53,954 nt of DNA from Vicugna vicugna (taxonomy: Eukaryota). The stretch lies in contig MU058233.1 in the NCBI GenBank assembly GCA_013265495.1, forward strand, positions 905,038-958,991, written 5' to 3'. Below, piece by piece: positions 39,709-53,540 of this stretch; the first letter of the stretch is position 1, and every line of letters begins with the position of its first letter. Made by a program: the position numbers and the translations under genes. Under the pieces are notes generated by a model. The model saw nothing but the letters and a program-made list of their open reading frames with translations, ran no database searches and was not told the origin of the DNA.

Positions 39709-40217
39709 GCTGCCCCTTGGGAGCCTGGCCGGTGTTCCAGGGGGAGCATGTGTGGACATCTGGCAACACAAGTTTCAGAGCCTTGTTCCCACTGGAGGGA
39801 GGTCCCCAGAGTCCCCTGGGGTCCTGCTGAGAAGCACCGAGGGCAGCTGAGCCCCCTGCCGTGTTGGAAGAACTTGGTTGGCAACTCCTTATACTGGAGG
39901 CAGCAGCTGAGGTCAGAAGTCAGTCAAGGTGGGTCTGTTCTCAGGCAGCAGCTGGCTGCAGCTAGGCTCCTGGGCATGGCTGGGCAGTGAAGCCCTTCTC
40001 CAGAGAGGGAGGTGGCACTGCTGGCCACTCTCCTGCCTGTCCTGTCCTGTGACAAGGCCCCCCTGACTTGGTGAGTGCGATGTGGGCTGCATTGGACATG
40101 GCTGTGTCCGGGGCTTCCTTGGAGGCACGAGTGCTTGGGGAGAGCCAGCCCGGGTGGGACGGGCGCCTTCCCCTCAGCCTGGGATTCATTGTGTTTGCTG
40201 AACTGACATTCTGTTCA

Positions 40218-40223
40218 ATTAAA
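40218..40223 (+). terminator. Candidate ANHX polyadenylation signal (ATTAAA)
   Basis: First A(A/T)TAAA hexamer seen after the stop codon, in an AT-rich patch. Confidence 0.45.
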
Positions 40224-40825
40224 TGAAAGTTTGATGTTCTGAACTCCCCCATTCTCATTCACTCAAGTGCATCCTGGACATCCGGCCCTCTCATGCCTGG
40301 CCGGCCTTTCACAGGCAAGTGCTCAGTCGATGCATTGGTCCCAGACAGATGGGTGTTCAGATCATTTCCAGCATCTCTGTTTTACAAGCAGCGTCCAGTG
40401 GGCATCTCTGCAGGCCACCCTTTACCTGGTTTCTCCTGGGAACAAGAAATCGCCCCAGAGGAGGAAGCAGCGGGGCCAAGCGCACAGACCCAGGTGCCGC
40501 TGACCCTCTCTGCCTGGTGACTTTGACGCCCAGGACAGCCACCTCCAGGAAAGGGCCCCTGGCCTGGCCTCCCTCTTGTTGGGGGCCACAGATGAGATAC
40601 AGCAGGGAGCAAAGCCACATCTGTGCCCTCAGGGCTCACAGGACGGGGCAGGGAAGCTGGGGAGTAAGGGGCACTTGCAATTGTTGGGGGGTGGGGTGAG
40701 GTGTGGAGCCTCTGAGAAACCTGGATGCCTGGAAGACACAGGAGCTTCCCAGGGAGGGGGTGTCTCAGCTGAGACCACCTGTGCTCAGTCTCCTGCCCAA
40801 GGGCCCTCGGCTGCACCCTTCCCGT

Positions 40826-41302
40826 TGTTGCAGAAAAATGTGTTACAGCTCGGTGTTACAGCTCAGTTGTACAGGAACCTGGATCCGGGTGAGAAACCAA
40901 GCAGCACTCAGAGAGTTGGAAAATTCAGGTTCATTACACCAGCCGGCCCAGAGGAGTTAACACTCCAAGCTCTGAACCCCGTGTGTAGGTTTACACAGGC
41001 TTTTATAGGCTGCCAGTTTACACTTTGCAACATCATATGCAAATAAGGTATAACAAAAGTTGACTAATTAGGAACAAGCTTTGTAGAAATGGACCAATCA
41101 GGAGGGAGAGAAATAACCAATCAGGAGTGAGCTCAGGGAACCAACAGCATTTTAGGGGTAAGTTCCACTTTCCTAGAAGTAAGGCATTTCAGAGGCAAAA
41201 AGTGAGATAGTCGCTGGGCCAGGGAACCAGATGGTGCCGGCAGGAGAGTAGTGGTCCTGCCTGGGGGTCCTGCCGGTATTTTTTATGGGGCTTCCCACCT
41301 CA
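40826..41302 (-). mobile_element. Solo ERV LTR (ERV1-like)
   Basis: TG...CA termini; 4-bp TSD-like ccgt/ccat; minus-strand TATAAAA at 41001-41007; two CCAATCAG motifs at c.41094 and 41117. Confidence 0.7.
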
Positions 41303-41384
41303 CCATCACCCCATCTCCCTCCGGAGCGATGGGCAGTCCATTTGGACAGCTGCTCCCAGGCTAGGTTCCCTCCAACTCAGGTCT

Positions 41385-42085
41385 TTCCACTTTAAAACAT
41401 GTCTTTATTTTGAACCAGTCGAAAACTTACAAAATGTTGAACACAGGATACAAAGATTTCTGTCCTTGAACCATTTAAGAATGAGTTACTTACCTGGTGT
41501 CCCACCGTTCTTGTGACTTGTACGTGTTTCTATCAGATACGGAACTCTGCCCTCACAGCCGCAGGGTAGAATTCATCGAAATCAGGACCTCAACGCTTTG
41601 CCCCCTCCCAGTTGCCAGCGCCCATGAAAGTTGTTAGTTGTCCCAAGAATGCCCTGAATTGTGAAAGAATCCACCTCTGCCTCATAACATGGGCTACGTT
41701 TACCTGACACCTCTTTCAGTGCCCTTCAGCCTGGAGCAGTCCCTGGTTTTTCTGGGGCTCCCATGACCTTGATACTGGAGGATTACAAGCCAGTTACTCT
41801 GTAGAATACCCCCCAAGTGCCATGTCTGCCGTTGCCCTGGAACTTGGGGTGTACATTTTTAGAAAGGATATCCTGGAAATGCCGCTGGGTCCTCACCATG
41901 TCCTCCCAGCAGCACATGGTTTTGCTCACCTCATCTCCAGTGGTGTTCGTCTCGACCGCCTGGTTCAGATTTGGCCAGCCAAGCTTCTCCACCACGAAGT
42001 TATTCTTTTATTCTTTGTGTAAGTATTTTAGCAGATGGTACTTTGAAGCTGTGTAAACATCCTTTTCTTCATCAAACTTTCTAGT
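41385..42085 (-). mobile_element. Old L1 (L1MC-like) 3' end remnant
   Basis: Degenerate motifs (gtagaataccc, tactttgaagctgtgtaaacatcc) typical of antisense L1MC 3'UTRs. Confidence 0.5.
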
Positions 42086-43740
42086 AACTTGTTAGTTTCC
42101 CTAGTCTGCTTACTTCAATCCCGTAATTCATGAACACTTTACTCTCTCATTTTACCCCAATTCTGGGATCTCAGACATCACCCACTTTCTCCCCTCAACA
42201 CACACACAGTGAGCACCCCAGTGTCCCAGAGTCATGTCAACCTTAGGATTTATCGTTCCCCCAAATGGTGATTGATGTAAATAACTGGCCTCCACAACCC
42301 ATCTTTTTCCCCACTCTTATCCACACAACGCATCACCAGGTGAAGAGCTCTCTTCAGACTCACCCTCATCCAAATTCTGCACAAAATGTCAGGACAGTTA
42401 GTGAACAGGTTTTAGGGTTAGCGGTTAGAGGGCCTTGGGCTGCTGTTGGAAGTGCCTCCCCCCCCCCTCAGGACCATGCAGAGCTCTGGGCCTGTCCTGG
42501 TCTCGTTCTGGGGCCTTTCCTGAGGCCAGCAGAGCCTGGATGCCTGGCAAGGAGGTGCCCATGTGAGGGTTGGTCTCAGAGGCAAGACCAGGGTGAAAAG
42601 GTCGCACTAAGGTCTCCAGGGCACTTTCCTCCCTCCTGTCCTTGGCAGACACTGGGCTCCATCCTGAAACTGATAATTAGACAACAGAGGTCAAAATTAC
42701 CCATGTTATAAAAACCACTATACCAAAACTGACACAAAAAATAACAAGATAAGAAATTGCATATGTCTCGTAGATGAATCAAATCAATAGTTGAAAAGCC
42801 AAAACAACTAACCAAAAACAACAATTATAAAAAAACTTTCCACAATGAAAGCTATAGGACCATAATCATGAAATATTCAAAAAAATTATATGTTAGGAAA
42901 AAAAACCACCTGAACTCCTCAGGCTTGCCTGGCCCTGCACAACAGTAGGTGAGCACCAGCCCTGGCACCCACTGTGGTCCTTGCCCCACCCACCAGCACC
43001 AGCATCCTCAGGTCCCAAGCCATAGAACCCAGGACCCAGTCCATCCATCAGTGGGCTGGCACTAGCCCTAGGGCGTGACTACCCACTAGTGGGTGGGAAA
43101 CAGCTCCATCCTACATCAGCCAGCACCAGCTCCGGGACACCTTGAGCCCCTCAGCCAGCTGCTCTGGGATCTGGACCCATGCACAGGTGGACCGTCACCA
43201 GTTCCTGGGCACAGCAGACCCCACAGCCAGCCGTGTCAGGAACTGGACTCCCCACCAGCAGGGCAAAACCAACCCTGGGGCCTCCAGGCCATGGTCCTGT
43301 CCGTGAACAGCAGCACACTAGTTCTGGGACCCCTGGGCCTGCAGCCAACCATGCTGGGACGAAACTCCATCCACCAGTGAGCCAGCACCAAGACCTCTTC
43401 TGGCCAAGCAGCCAGCATGCCAGGACCCAGCCTCACCCACCAACGACCAGTGTCCTTCACACAAGGCAGGGACTTCAACCATGCACACAGGGGGCCAACC
43501 ATACCTACCAGCATGTTTACAGTTGTCACCCCACCACAGCAGTAGGACCCATGCAGCCCACAGAGGGGCACTCCTAGGGAATGTAGTTCTGCTTCAGAGG
43601 GGCATGTGCTAAAGCCCCCAGGGCATTTCCGAGAGAAGGCCAATTCTCCAAGATCGGGAAATGTACAACAATCTACAGATTCAATGCAATCCCTGTCAAG
43701 ATACCAATTACATTTTTTCACAGAACTAAAGCAAGTAATT

Positions 43741-43860
43741 TTTTTGGTGGCGGAGGTAATTAGGTTTATTTATTTATTCTTAGAGGAGGTACTGGGGATT
43801 GAACTCAGGACCTCCTGCATGCTAAGCATGCCCTCTACCACTTGAACTATACCCTCCCTC
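43741..43860 (-). mobile_element. tRNA-derived SINE (Vic-1-like) inserted in L1
   Basis: gaggtaattaggtttatttattt...ggtactggggattgaactcagg...; imperfect TSD ctaaagcaagtaatt / ctagaacaagtactt. Confidence 0.9.
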
Positions 43861-45298
43861 CTAGAACAAGTACTTCTAAAATGTGTGTGGAAACACAAAA
43901 GACTGCAAACAGCCAAAACAGTCTTAGTAAAAAGAAAAAAGAGGAGGTATCAATCTTCCCGATTTCAAATTCTACTACAAAGCTATAGTAATCAAAAACA
44001 GTGTGGTACTGGCACAAAAACAGAAACACATAGATCAATGGAACAGAATAGACAGCATTGAAATAAACCCAAACTTATATGGATAGTTAATCTGCAACAA
44101 AGGAGGCAAGAATATACAATGGTTAAAAGACAGCCTCTTCTATAAATGGTGTTGATAGAAGTAGACAGCTACACACAAAAGAATCAAATTGGACTCCTTT
44201 TATGCTATATACAAAAGTAAATTCAAGATGGATTAAATAAAACTTTAATGTAAGACCTGAGACCATAAAGTTTCTAGAAGGCATAGGCAGTATGCTCTTC
44301 GACACTGGTTTTAGGAATTTTCTCTTTTTGGCACTGCCTCCTCAGGCAAGGAAAATGAGAATAAAAATAAACAACTGGGACTACATCAAACTAAAAAACG
44401 TTTGCACAGTGAAAGAAAGGATCAACAAAATGAAAAGGCCACCTACTAAATGGGATAATGTATTTGTGAATGGTGTGTCCAACAAGGGGTTAGTATCCAA
44501 TGTATATAAAGAACTTATGCAAAAAAAACCCCCAAAATAACTCATGCAGCTTGACTTAAAAAGAAAAAAACCCAATTAACAAATACGCAGGACCTTACAT
44601 TTTTCCCGAAGAGGACATACAGACGGCCCGCAAGAACGTGAGAAGGTGCTCACCATCACTCATCATCAGGAAAGTGCAAATCAAAGCCACAGTGAAGTTA
44701 TCACCTCACACCTGTCAGAATGGCTGTCCTCAAAAAGACAGCAAATACATTGTGTTGGTACAGATGTGGGGACATGGGAACTCTAACACTCGGTTGGTGG
44801 CAATGTAAATTGGTGCAGCCAATATGGAAAACATTATGGAGAGTCCTCAAAAAATTAGTGATAGAACTACCATCCAATCCAGCAATTCCACTCCTAAGCA
44901 TTTAGCTAATTTGAGAAGATATATGCACCCCTGTATTCATGGCAACACTGCTTGTGACAGCCAGGATATGGAAGCAATGTAAATGACAGTCAGTCCAGTC
45001 AGTAGATGAATGGATAAGGCAGATGTGAGCTATAGATCTGTATCTATATCTCAGTTTGTCTTGATTGTATTGTTCTTTTAAAAATTAGAAGTATATCTTT
45101 TGCCAATACGGGTTAGAATATTGCTAGTGTGATGAAGTGAGCACTCAAGTTTAATTCTCTGCTGAATTTCAGTAGCACTTGAAAAGTTCTGTTTTCAACT
45201 CAAGGATATTTATGCTGTTCTTCTGGAAGAACAACTTAGTAACACGCAGCTGTTAAGCTGTACGCATGCACCTGAATTCATGTGTGCTTTTATTTGCA

Positions 45299-45397
45299 TT
45301 ATATATATATAAATATATATATGTGTGTGCATGTATGTATATATATATATATATATAGAATACTCTATATAATATACATGTATTATATATATATAAT
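45299..45397. repeat. Imperfect (TA)n/(TG)n microsatellite
   Basis: Directly visible. Confidence 0.9.
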
Positions 45398-46537
45398 GCA
45401 GTACTACTCAGCCATAAAAAAGAATAAAATCTTGCCATTTGCAAAAACATGTTTGCATGTTTGGACCTAGAGGGTATTATTATGAAGGAAATAAATCAGA
45501 GAAAGGCAAATACTGTACGATTTCACTTATGTGTGGAATCTAAAAAACAAAGCAAATGAACAAACATAACAAAACAGAAACAGAGTCATGGATAGCAGAG
45601 GAGAAACTCTCCAGAGGAGAAAGGATGGAGGGAGGAGAGACATAGGTGAGAGAGATTAAAATTTCAGATTAAAAAATACATGATTCACTGGTATGAAATG
45701 TACAGTATGGTGAATATAGTCAGTAACTTTGTATTTTGTATGGTGACAGATGACTGCTAGACTTACTATGGTGAATATTTTGAAATGCATGGAAATACTG
45801 AAGCAGTATGTTGTGTACCAGGAACTAACATAGTTTCACAGGTTGATTATACTTGAGAAACAAACAAGCAAACGCAGAAACTCATTGAAAAAGAGATCAG
45901 ATTTGTGGTTGCTACAGTCAGGAATGGGAGTAAGGGGAATTGGATGAAGGCGGTCAAAAGATACAAACTTCTGGTTCTCAGATAAATAAGTACTAGGGGT
46001 GTGCGACATGGTAAAGAGAATTAACATACTGCATGTTAGGTATGAAAGTTGTTAAGAGAGTAGATCCTGAGTTCTCAACACAAGGACAGTTTTTTTTCCT
46101 GTTTCTTTAATGTTGCATCTAGGTGAGATGACAGATGTTCACTAAACTGACTGTGGTCATCACTTCATAAGTCAAATCGTTGTGCTGCAAACCTTAAACT
46201 TACATGGTACTGTTTGCCAATTATACCTCAATAAAACTGGAAGTAAAAATAAAAACAAAATGGAAGTAAAACCTAAAAAAAATCAAAAATTAAGATAAAG
46301 ACTCCCACATTCCTCGGGTTTTGGTCTGCCTGTGAACGTTCCTTCAGTCTCCACGTCTGGGGAGTTCTGAAAGGCCGTCTCTGCTCCTGGCCCACTTGAA
46401 GTGAACCAGTAAAGAATGTACGTCATGAGGAAGCAATGTGAAGCCCCCAAAACATAAAAGGAGTCATGAGGAAAAGAAAAAAAATCAGTGTGGCTAAATA
46501 ATGATTGGTTTTAAAACAAGATGTTAAAATACATTCT

Positions 46538-46979
46538 TTTTTTAAAACATTTTTTATTGATTTATAATCATTTTACAATGTTGTATCAAATTCCAGTGTA
46601 GAGCACAATTTTTCAGTTATACATGAACATATATATATTCATTGTCACATTTTTTTCCTCCGTGAGCCACCATAAGATCTTGTATATAATTCCCTGTGCT
46701 GTACAGTATAATCTTGTTTATCTATTCTACATTTTTGAAATCCTGGTGTGTCCCTTCCCACCCTCTGCCCCCTTGGCAACCACAAGTTTGTATTCTATGT
46801 GTATGAGTCTATTTCTGTTCTGTATTTATGCTTTGTGATTTTTTTTCTTTTAGTTTCCATATATGAGCGATCTCATATGGTATTTTTCTTTCTCTTTCTG
46901 GCTTACTTCACTTAGAATGACAACTTTCTGGCTCACTTAGAATGACATTCTCCAGGAGCATCCATGTTGCTGCAAATGG
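46538..46979 (-). mobile_element. Young 5'-truncated L1 3'UTR
   Basis: Reverse complement matches 17557-17834; TSD taaaatacattct (46525-46537) / taaaagacattct (46980-46992). Confidence 0.88.
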
Positions 46980-47040
46980 TAAAAGACATTCTAACTAAAG
47001 TTCTGGATGATTACCACATGGTAGAGAAGATTCAGTTTTA

Positions 47041-47210
47041 TTTTATTTTTTATTGTCTTATGTATTTTAAAATTTTTTAGGGGGGTGAGGTCATTAGGTC
47101 TATTTATTTATTCATTATTAGTTTTTTTAATGGAAGTTCTGGGGATTGAACCCAGGACTTTGTGTGCACTAAGCGTGCACTCTGCCACTTGAGCTATGCC
47201 CTCCCTCCCC
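47041..47210 (-). mobile_element. tRNA-derived SINE (Vic-1-like)
   Basis: ggggattgaacccaggactttgtgtgcactaagcgtgcactctgccacttgagctatgccctcc; flanking agaagattc..tttta direct repeat. Confidence 0.9.
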
Positions 47211-48008
47211 AAGAAGATTCCATTTTAATATAACTCGGTTTAGGGAAGATATACAGATACTCTTTTTTTTTTAACACATCTCTCCAAGAAACTGACAAAT
47301 CCATCAGGGAAAAGTAAGTAATGTTGAAGAGAATCTGACTAATACAACCCACATGACCAGGCAAATAGACAAATGGATACAACCAAGCTCAGGCTTCTTG
47401 TTAGATTAGTGATGCTGCAAACAGTCTCTCTTGGTAGCATGGTTCCCCCCAGTGGCATGTCGATTTTCATGAATCGAACTTCAAACACATACAGATCTAG
47501 GGAAAAAGGGAAAGTCTGGCCTTTCATTACATGCAACAAACCCCAGAAAAAACAGAAATTTGAGAACATAGATATAAAATCCGTTGAAACCCAATGAAAT
47601 GTTTTGGGATCTACTGGGGACTGTCACCTCAAACGAATAACCCATTCTGACTAGGTAGCTTGTACTCTGTAACTGTGAGGGCAAAAACCTGAACAAACCC
47701 ATGACTTTGGTAACTGTTAACTGTAAAACACAGATAAATAACATACTAATTGAACAGAAATGAAACAACAACATAGAGGGAAGATGTCTTTCTCTCTTCG
47801 CCTGAAACTCAATTTCTTACCCCAGAAAGCCCTATGTTACACAAATGTTACACAAGTGAGTTTACAATAAAGGAAAGCATTAGTATATCTTTTTATTCTC
47901 TTTTAAAGTATAGTTGTTGTTTAAATTTTTTTTATTAGTATATCTTAAAGTTTCACAAACTCAAAGCAAGAACGCTGCAGACACAGCAATAAAGCGCCGT
48001 GCGGAATT

Positions 48009-48638
<630 letters not shown>

Positions 48639-50369
48639 CTACAAAAATAAATTGGGAAACTGGAGCCACATGAGGAATGAAATCCTCCTCCTTGGACCAT
48701 TATCTCGGTCCTTTTGTACTTTCACCCTCCCTCTGTCCCTTGGGGGTTAAGTGTGACCTGCCTCTTGGGACATCAGCAAGCAGATGTGGATGAAGAACAG
48801 GAAGCTTAAAGTCAAAACTCAGGACCACTCCAGATCACTTCAGCTCCACCAGCTTGTGACACCCCGTCCTCTATAAGTACGATCATATTTTCTTCTTGTC
48901 CTCGTCACTCTCAACTGCACAGGTCTGGGTAGTCTCTTGTATCACATGCTTATCAGTCTTTCTCTAAAACCCAAATGCCTCCATTCTTCCGTGTCATGTG
49001 ACTGTTCACCTCGTTAACCCACTGACTCATGATGTTCACAGTGCCTTTAACCACGGTGGCCACTGTAGACCACTTGTCTATGGTGACATTAACCCTCTTT
49101 AGCAGCTCACCCCATACCCCTGATGCTTACATCAACCCAAGTGGCCGTGTTCTAAATAAATAATTCAGAAAACATATTAACTCATGACTAATTTCTGATC
49201 TCTGATTTTTTTTTCAAACACTCATACTGTAGATACCTGTTCCTCAAGATTGGAAGTTATGCCTGATCACCATTTCCTCATCTGAATTTCTCTCCTCCTA
49301 CTCCTGTCAATCCTGGATTCCATGCACTATGATCTCAATAATTCTCTTGGAATAACTCAAAATTCCTTACTGCTCATCACATCTGCCTTGTAAAACTTCA
49401 AGCCTGGAGGGTGGCACTTATCTGCCATGCCATAGCTACTGCTGGTCTTATGAACTGCACACAACATGATATTTTGCTACCATGGGAAATCCAAAATCAT
49501 CTGCATCTATTGGAAAGCATCCACAATGCCTGGAAGTTTAATTTTCTTTGTATGTGCTGGCATATTTACTTTCTGATTTTTTTCCAAAGTCTGTTTCAGG
49601 TGTTCTCCAATTTCCTTTTTCCTTCACACACATCCTATGTCCCTTAACTTGTCGGATATCTCACAGAGAAGTTGCTAACTACTAGGTGGAAATTTTACCC
49701 TGGTAGTTGCCAGATCTGCAAATATCTCTAAGATTCCATTGTTCCCAAATTTCATCTGATTATATTGACACACTTCTTTTCTCCTCCAGTGGTGATCTGG
49801 TCCTCATCCCTTCATCCTTCTTAGTAAATTCATGATCCTGACACAAAACCTCGGTATTTTCAACCTCTCCTTTTCTACTGAATCTTTCCATCAGCATTTA
49901 AATACCTTCAGATCTCTCCAAACTCCACAGAAACCTGTCACCTCATGTTCCTGGGGCTCTCAGCCACCATCCTTCTACTCCTGAGTAGTGAACCACTGAG
50001 AAAGGTCATTTGATCGTGTGTCTCTGTTGTCTCACCTCCAGCCTCCTTAGACCTCCCCACCCTTCCGTGGGACTTCACCATTCTTTGGGGGTTCCCACCT
50101 GGTAAGGGCACAATCACCGCTTTGTTACTAGGCCAAACATGGAACTTTTCATTATTCATCTGACAGGATCTTTAAGTGGAAAATGGTTAAGTACATTTGG
50201 AACAATTGAGACACGTGAATCACATTTTACAGCTGTGAACCTTGCAAAAATCTAAATATGGAGTAGGTATATTGGATACTATTCCCCTTACAAAGTAGGA
50301 TTGTGCTGTAAGTGAGAAGCACAAGATGGATTTTGGGAGCTCAATACCAGAAAGGGAATATAAACTATG

Positions 50370-50540
50370 TCATTAGTCATTTTTACATTGATTGCGTTCA
50401 GAAATTAAATAACATCCTTGGCTGTAACGGACAATGAAAATGATGTCTCTTGTCTGTTTTTACTTTTTAAAATGTGGCTACTGAAAGTATTTAAATGCAA
50501 TAATATAGAGTGCTGAAAACTACTGTTGGACAGTGCTGGT
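50370..50540. mobile_element. hAT-Charlie (MER3/MER33-like) DNA transposon remnant
   Basis: tttactttttaaaatgtggctactgaaa ... ttggacagtgctg terminal motif. Confidence 0.55.
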
Positions 50541-50655
50541 CCAAGCTGTGAATGAAAAAAAAAAGCTGACAGAAAGAGCTTTTCTCTTTCATCTTTTCAT
50601 CTTTTCCCAAGGAAAGGGGTCTACCCCAGACTCACTCCAAGATACAGCAGATTTT

Positions 50656-50696
50656 CTCTCTCTCTCTCTTGCGCACGCGCGCACACACACACACGC
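50656..50696. repeat. Compound (CT)n-(GC)n-(CA)n microsatellite
   Basis: ctctctctctctcttgcgcacgcgcgcacacacacacacgc. Confidence 0.9.
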
Positions 50697-52984
50697 CTTC
50701 TAAACCAAAGACACGTCGTTCCAGAGTCCCACCACTATGTCTCAAATGCGCTCCTATATCGTCTTTGTCCTAACTGGAATGATCTCAAGAAGGAAGTCAG
50801 AAGTCAAGAGAAGTTACCAGTTAGGATGAGTCCAGAAGCTTAGGATGAGATTGGGAGTTGAGGGGAGTCCCCTCCCATTGGCTTCTGTGGTAAATTCAAT
50901 TCCTGTAGGAAAATTTTGGAAGAGGGTCATTAATAAGCAATCACTTCATCTTTACTATGTGAAACTATACAAGATGTGTACAGAATAAGGACTCCAGACT
51001 GTCATGGAAGTCAAGCTGAGAGGACACAAATAATAAAATTGAATCAATACTCGGTTAATGAGTCCGAGAACAGGTGACACTGGGTTAATTTGGGCCTCCT
51101 CGGGCTGATTCTGATTGGACGTCCAACACACTGATGGCGTTATACTGGGGCCTGTGAAACGTCCTGGCCCTTCTACTGTTTAACCACCACCGCCCTCTGA
51201 CTGGTGACAGTTCTTGTTGACAAGCCTCTCTGACGTCACCTGAAGGATTTTCCCAACACCCCACTCTGTCTCGGGTCTCTCTGACCAGCCATGTATCCTC
51301 ACCCTAAAATAATTCATGACAGTCTATCTGCTTGTTGAAACCCTACCCTAGGGTAACTTTTGACTCTCTGTCTACTTATCAGACCCTTATTATAAAATAA
51401 CTTACAATTCCTTAAGGACAAATACTTTCTGACTCACATCAGAGTCAATCACAATTATTACCATGAAACTTTCAACAAACTAACTCTTGGCTTTTTGTCT
51501 TTCTAAGGCCCTTACTCTTTCTCTTATCTGGAACACTCTCTAAGGGTTACCTCAATCTGTGTCCCCTGAATGAAATTCTGAAGACCCCATATTTGCAGTT
51601 TTCTATGTGCAGTCTCCTGCAATATTATTATTATTATTATTATCATCATTGTTATTTTGATTGGCACGCTCAGCATTACACATATAAGATTCAGCCATGT
51701 CTTTGCATATGTGGCTCATTTTTTCCCATTTCTAAGTAACACTCCAGTGTATGCTGTATGGGAGGCATTATTGTGGGGACTGGCCATAGACTCCAGAGGA
51801 GGAGCTGACAGTCGCTGGGGCACAGGGAAAGTGGGGGACTGGGAAGCCCCAGGTGTCTGGGCTCAGCAACCAGGGGAGGCGGGGCTGCCTCCTGAGGTGC
51901 TGGGAGCAGCAGGGTCACAGATTTGTGAGGGGCCTGTTAGCCCTAAGGTGAGAGGGGGATGCAGGGTTTGGAGAGATGTGCCTGACCTGGGGGACAGGTT
52001 CAGGGAGGAAGGAGAGAGCCCAGGTTGGGGGCAGGTGAGTTACAGCAGACTCCATGCAGGGGACTGTGGTCCTGATAGAAGCAGCCCGGAGCCAGAGGAC
52101 TGGCTGTCAGGTGCTCAGCTTCACTCTCCTGTTCCTTTGTAAAACCGCTCTGTCAGAGTTTGAAACACTGCCAGGGGACCCCTGAGCCCAGTTCTGCCCT
52201 GGCTTCTTCCAAGGGGTCAGGTGGAAAACAGAACCACTGCAGGCCACGCCCATGTCCCCACAGGGAATGAACCCCATCAGGGCACTGGGCTCACAGGCTT
52301 CAGGAGATCACGACCCTCAGGACTGGTCTCTTCCTTGCTGTCACCTGCTGCTCAGAGGCCCAGGTGCCCCGTCCTGGCTCCACCCTCTAGGACTTGGATT
52401 CTGGGACAGCTTGTGGGTAGGGCAAGACCCTCACACTCCCTTTTCTGCCTGAAGGTGAGAATGTCTTAAAGGCTACATTGGCTGATTTTGGAGATCTGAA
52501 TGTTTCCAGCAGGTATAGGGGGAAGGAAGGAGTGTGAGGTTCCTACATCAGTAGGGCTTTCCCAGGGTAAGGAGCTGTGCCTTCCCCCTCCCAGTCCATT
52601 CCCCACACCATCCATCCAGGAAGCTCAGATCCAGGAGTATGAGGGCCAAGGCTCTCCCTTTGCTTGTCTGTGACTTCCCATTCCCACAGCCAGGAGCCTG
52701 GCTCCCACCACCTGCCCTTTATCAACCAAATTCTCTGTGGCAGGTTACATGCACAGTGGTTCCAGAATTGTTAACTGCTACACCCTGGAAAGCACTTTAT
52801 AATAGAAAGCCCACAGTTTAACAATGGTCCATTCTGCCTTTGCAAAAGAAGCCTGTCCATTTCCAAAGTTAACTTAGGTCCACACCTTTTACCCCACCAT
52901 CAACTGTTTTTCCCACCCGTTTCTAATACACTTCATAGATTATGTGTCACACTGTGTGTTCCATCCTGCGACCCTGCTACATCG

Positions 52985-53290
52985 TAAACAACTAAGTTTG
53001 AATATATTATGATTGACCTTTGGGGTGTGCAAATGTGTGGGTGTAGACATATGCATAGTGACAGGTGTCCACCCTAAAGTATCACGTGGAGCACTTCAAC
53101 CCCCTACCTCACCCCATGATCTGCTCATGTACATAGTCTAGCCTTTTCCATAATTGTCATCAATGGGATCCTACAGTGTGCAGCCCCCTCAGACTGGGTT
53201 CTTTCACTTAGTAACATACAAGTGAGACTTACCCGTGCCTTTCCGTGGGTTGATGGTTTAATGTCTATTGCTGAGGAGAATTCCATTGTG
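52985..53290 (-). mobile_element. Old L1 3'UTR remnant
   Basis: cagactgggttctttcacttagtaacata ... attccattgtg motifs. Confidence 0.55.
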
Positions 53291-53293
53291 TGT

Positions 53294-53540
53294 GTGTGGG
53301 ATGAAAACCAGTTTTCCCTCTCCTCTTCTAGGTTCTTCGATGAGACCTCTGAGCCCTAATAAGACAGATTACTGGGAGAAAAACAAACAAGTTTAATAAC
53401 ATGCATACCTACTGTGCACAGGGGAGACACACAGGAACACTGACTCCCTCCTGAAATAGCCAAAATAAACACATTAAATATGACCTTCACCTAAAAACAA
53501 AAGCAATGCCATGGGGAAGGAGGAAGTCATTTCTGAGAGG
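53294..53540 (-). mobile_element. Truncated ERV LTR-like fragment abutting the telomere repeats
   Basis: aagacagattactgggagaaaaacaaacaagtttaat resembles the antisense R/U5 (ATTAAA..TTTTCTCC..TAATCTGTCTT) of MER4-group ERV1 LTRs. Confidence 0.5.

Larger units (their letters stand above)
42910..46260 (+). mobile_element. LINE-1: repetitive 5'UTR-like part (c.42910-43665) fused to the ORF2 3' end and 3'UTR
   Basis: ORFs 44292-44540 (KINNWDYIKLK) and 44720-44905 (CKLVQPIWKTLWRVLKKL..ELPSNPAIPLL) are L1 ORF2; the 3'UTR ends in ttatacctcaataaaactgg at c.46230. Confidence 0.85.

Noticed and set aside
45128..45166. Possible C/D box snoRNA (GTGATGA...CTGA)
   Set aside because: The boxes are only ~35 nt apart with no convincing terminal stem or host intron.
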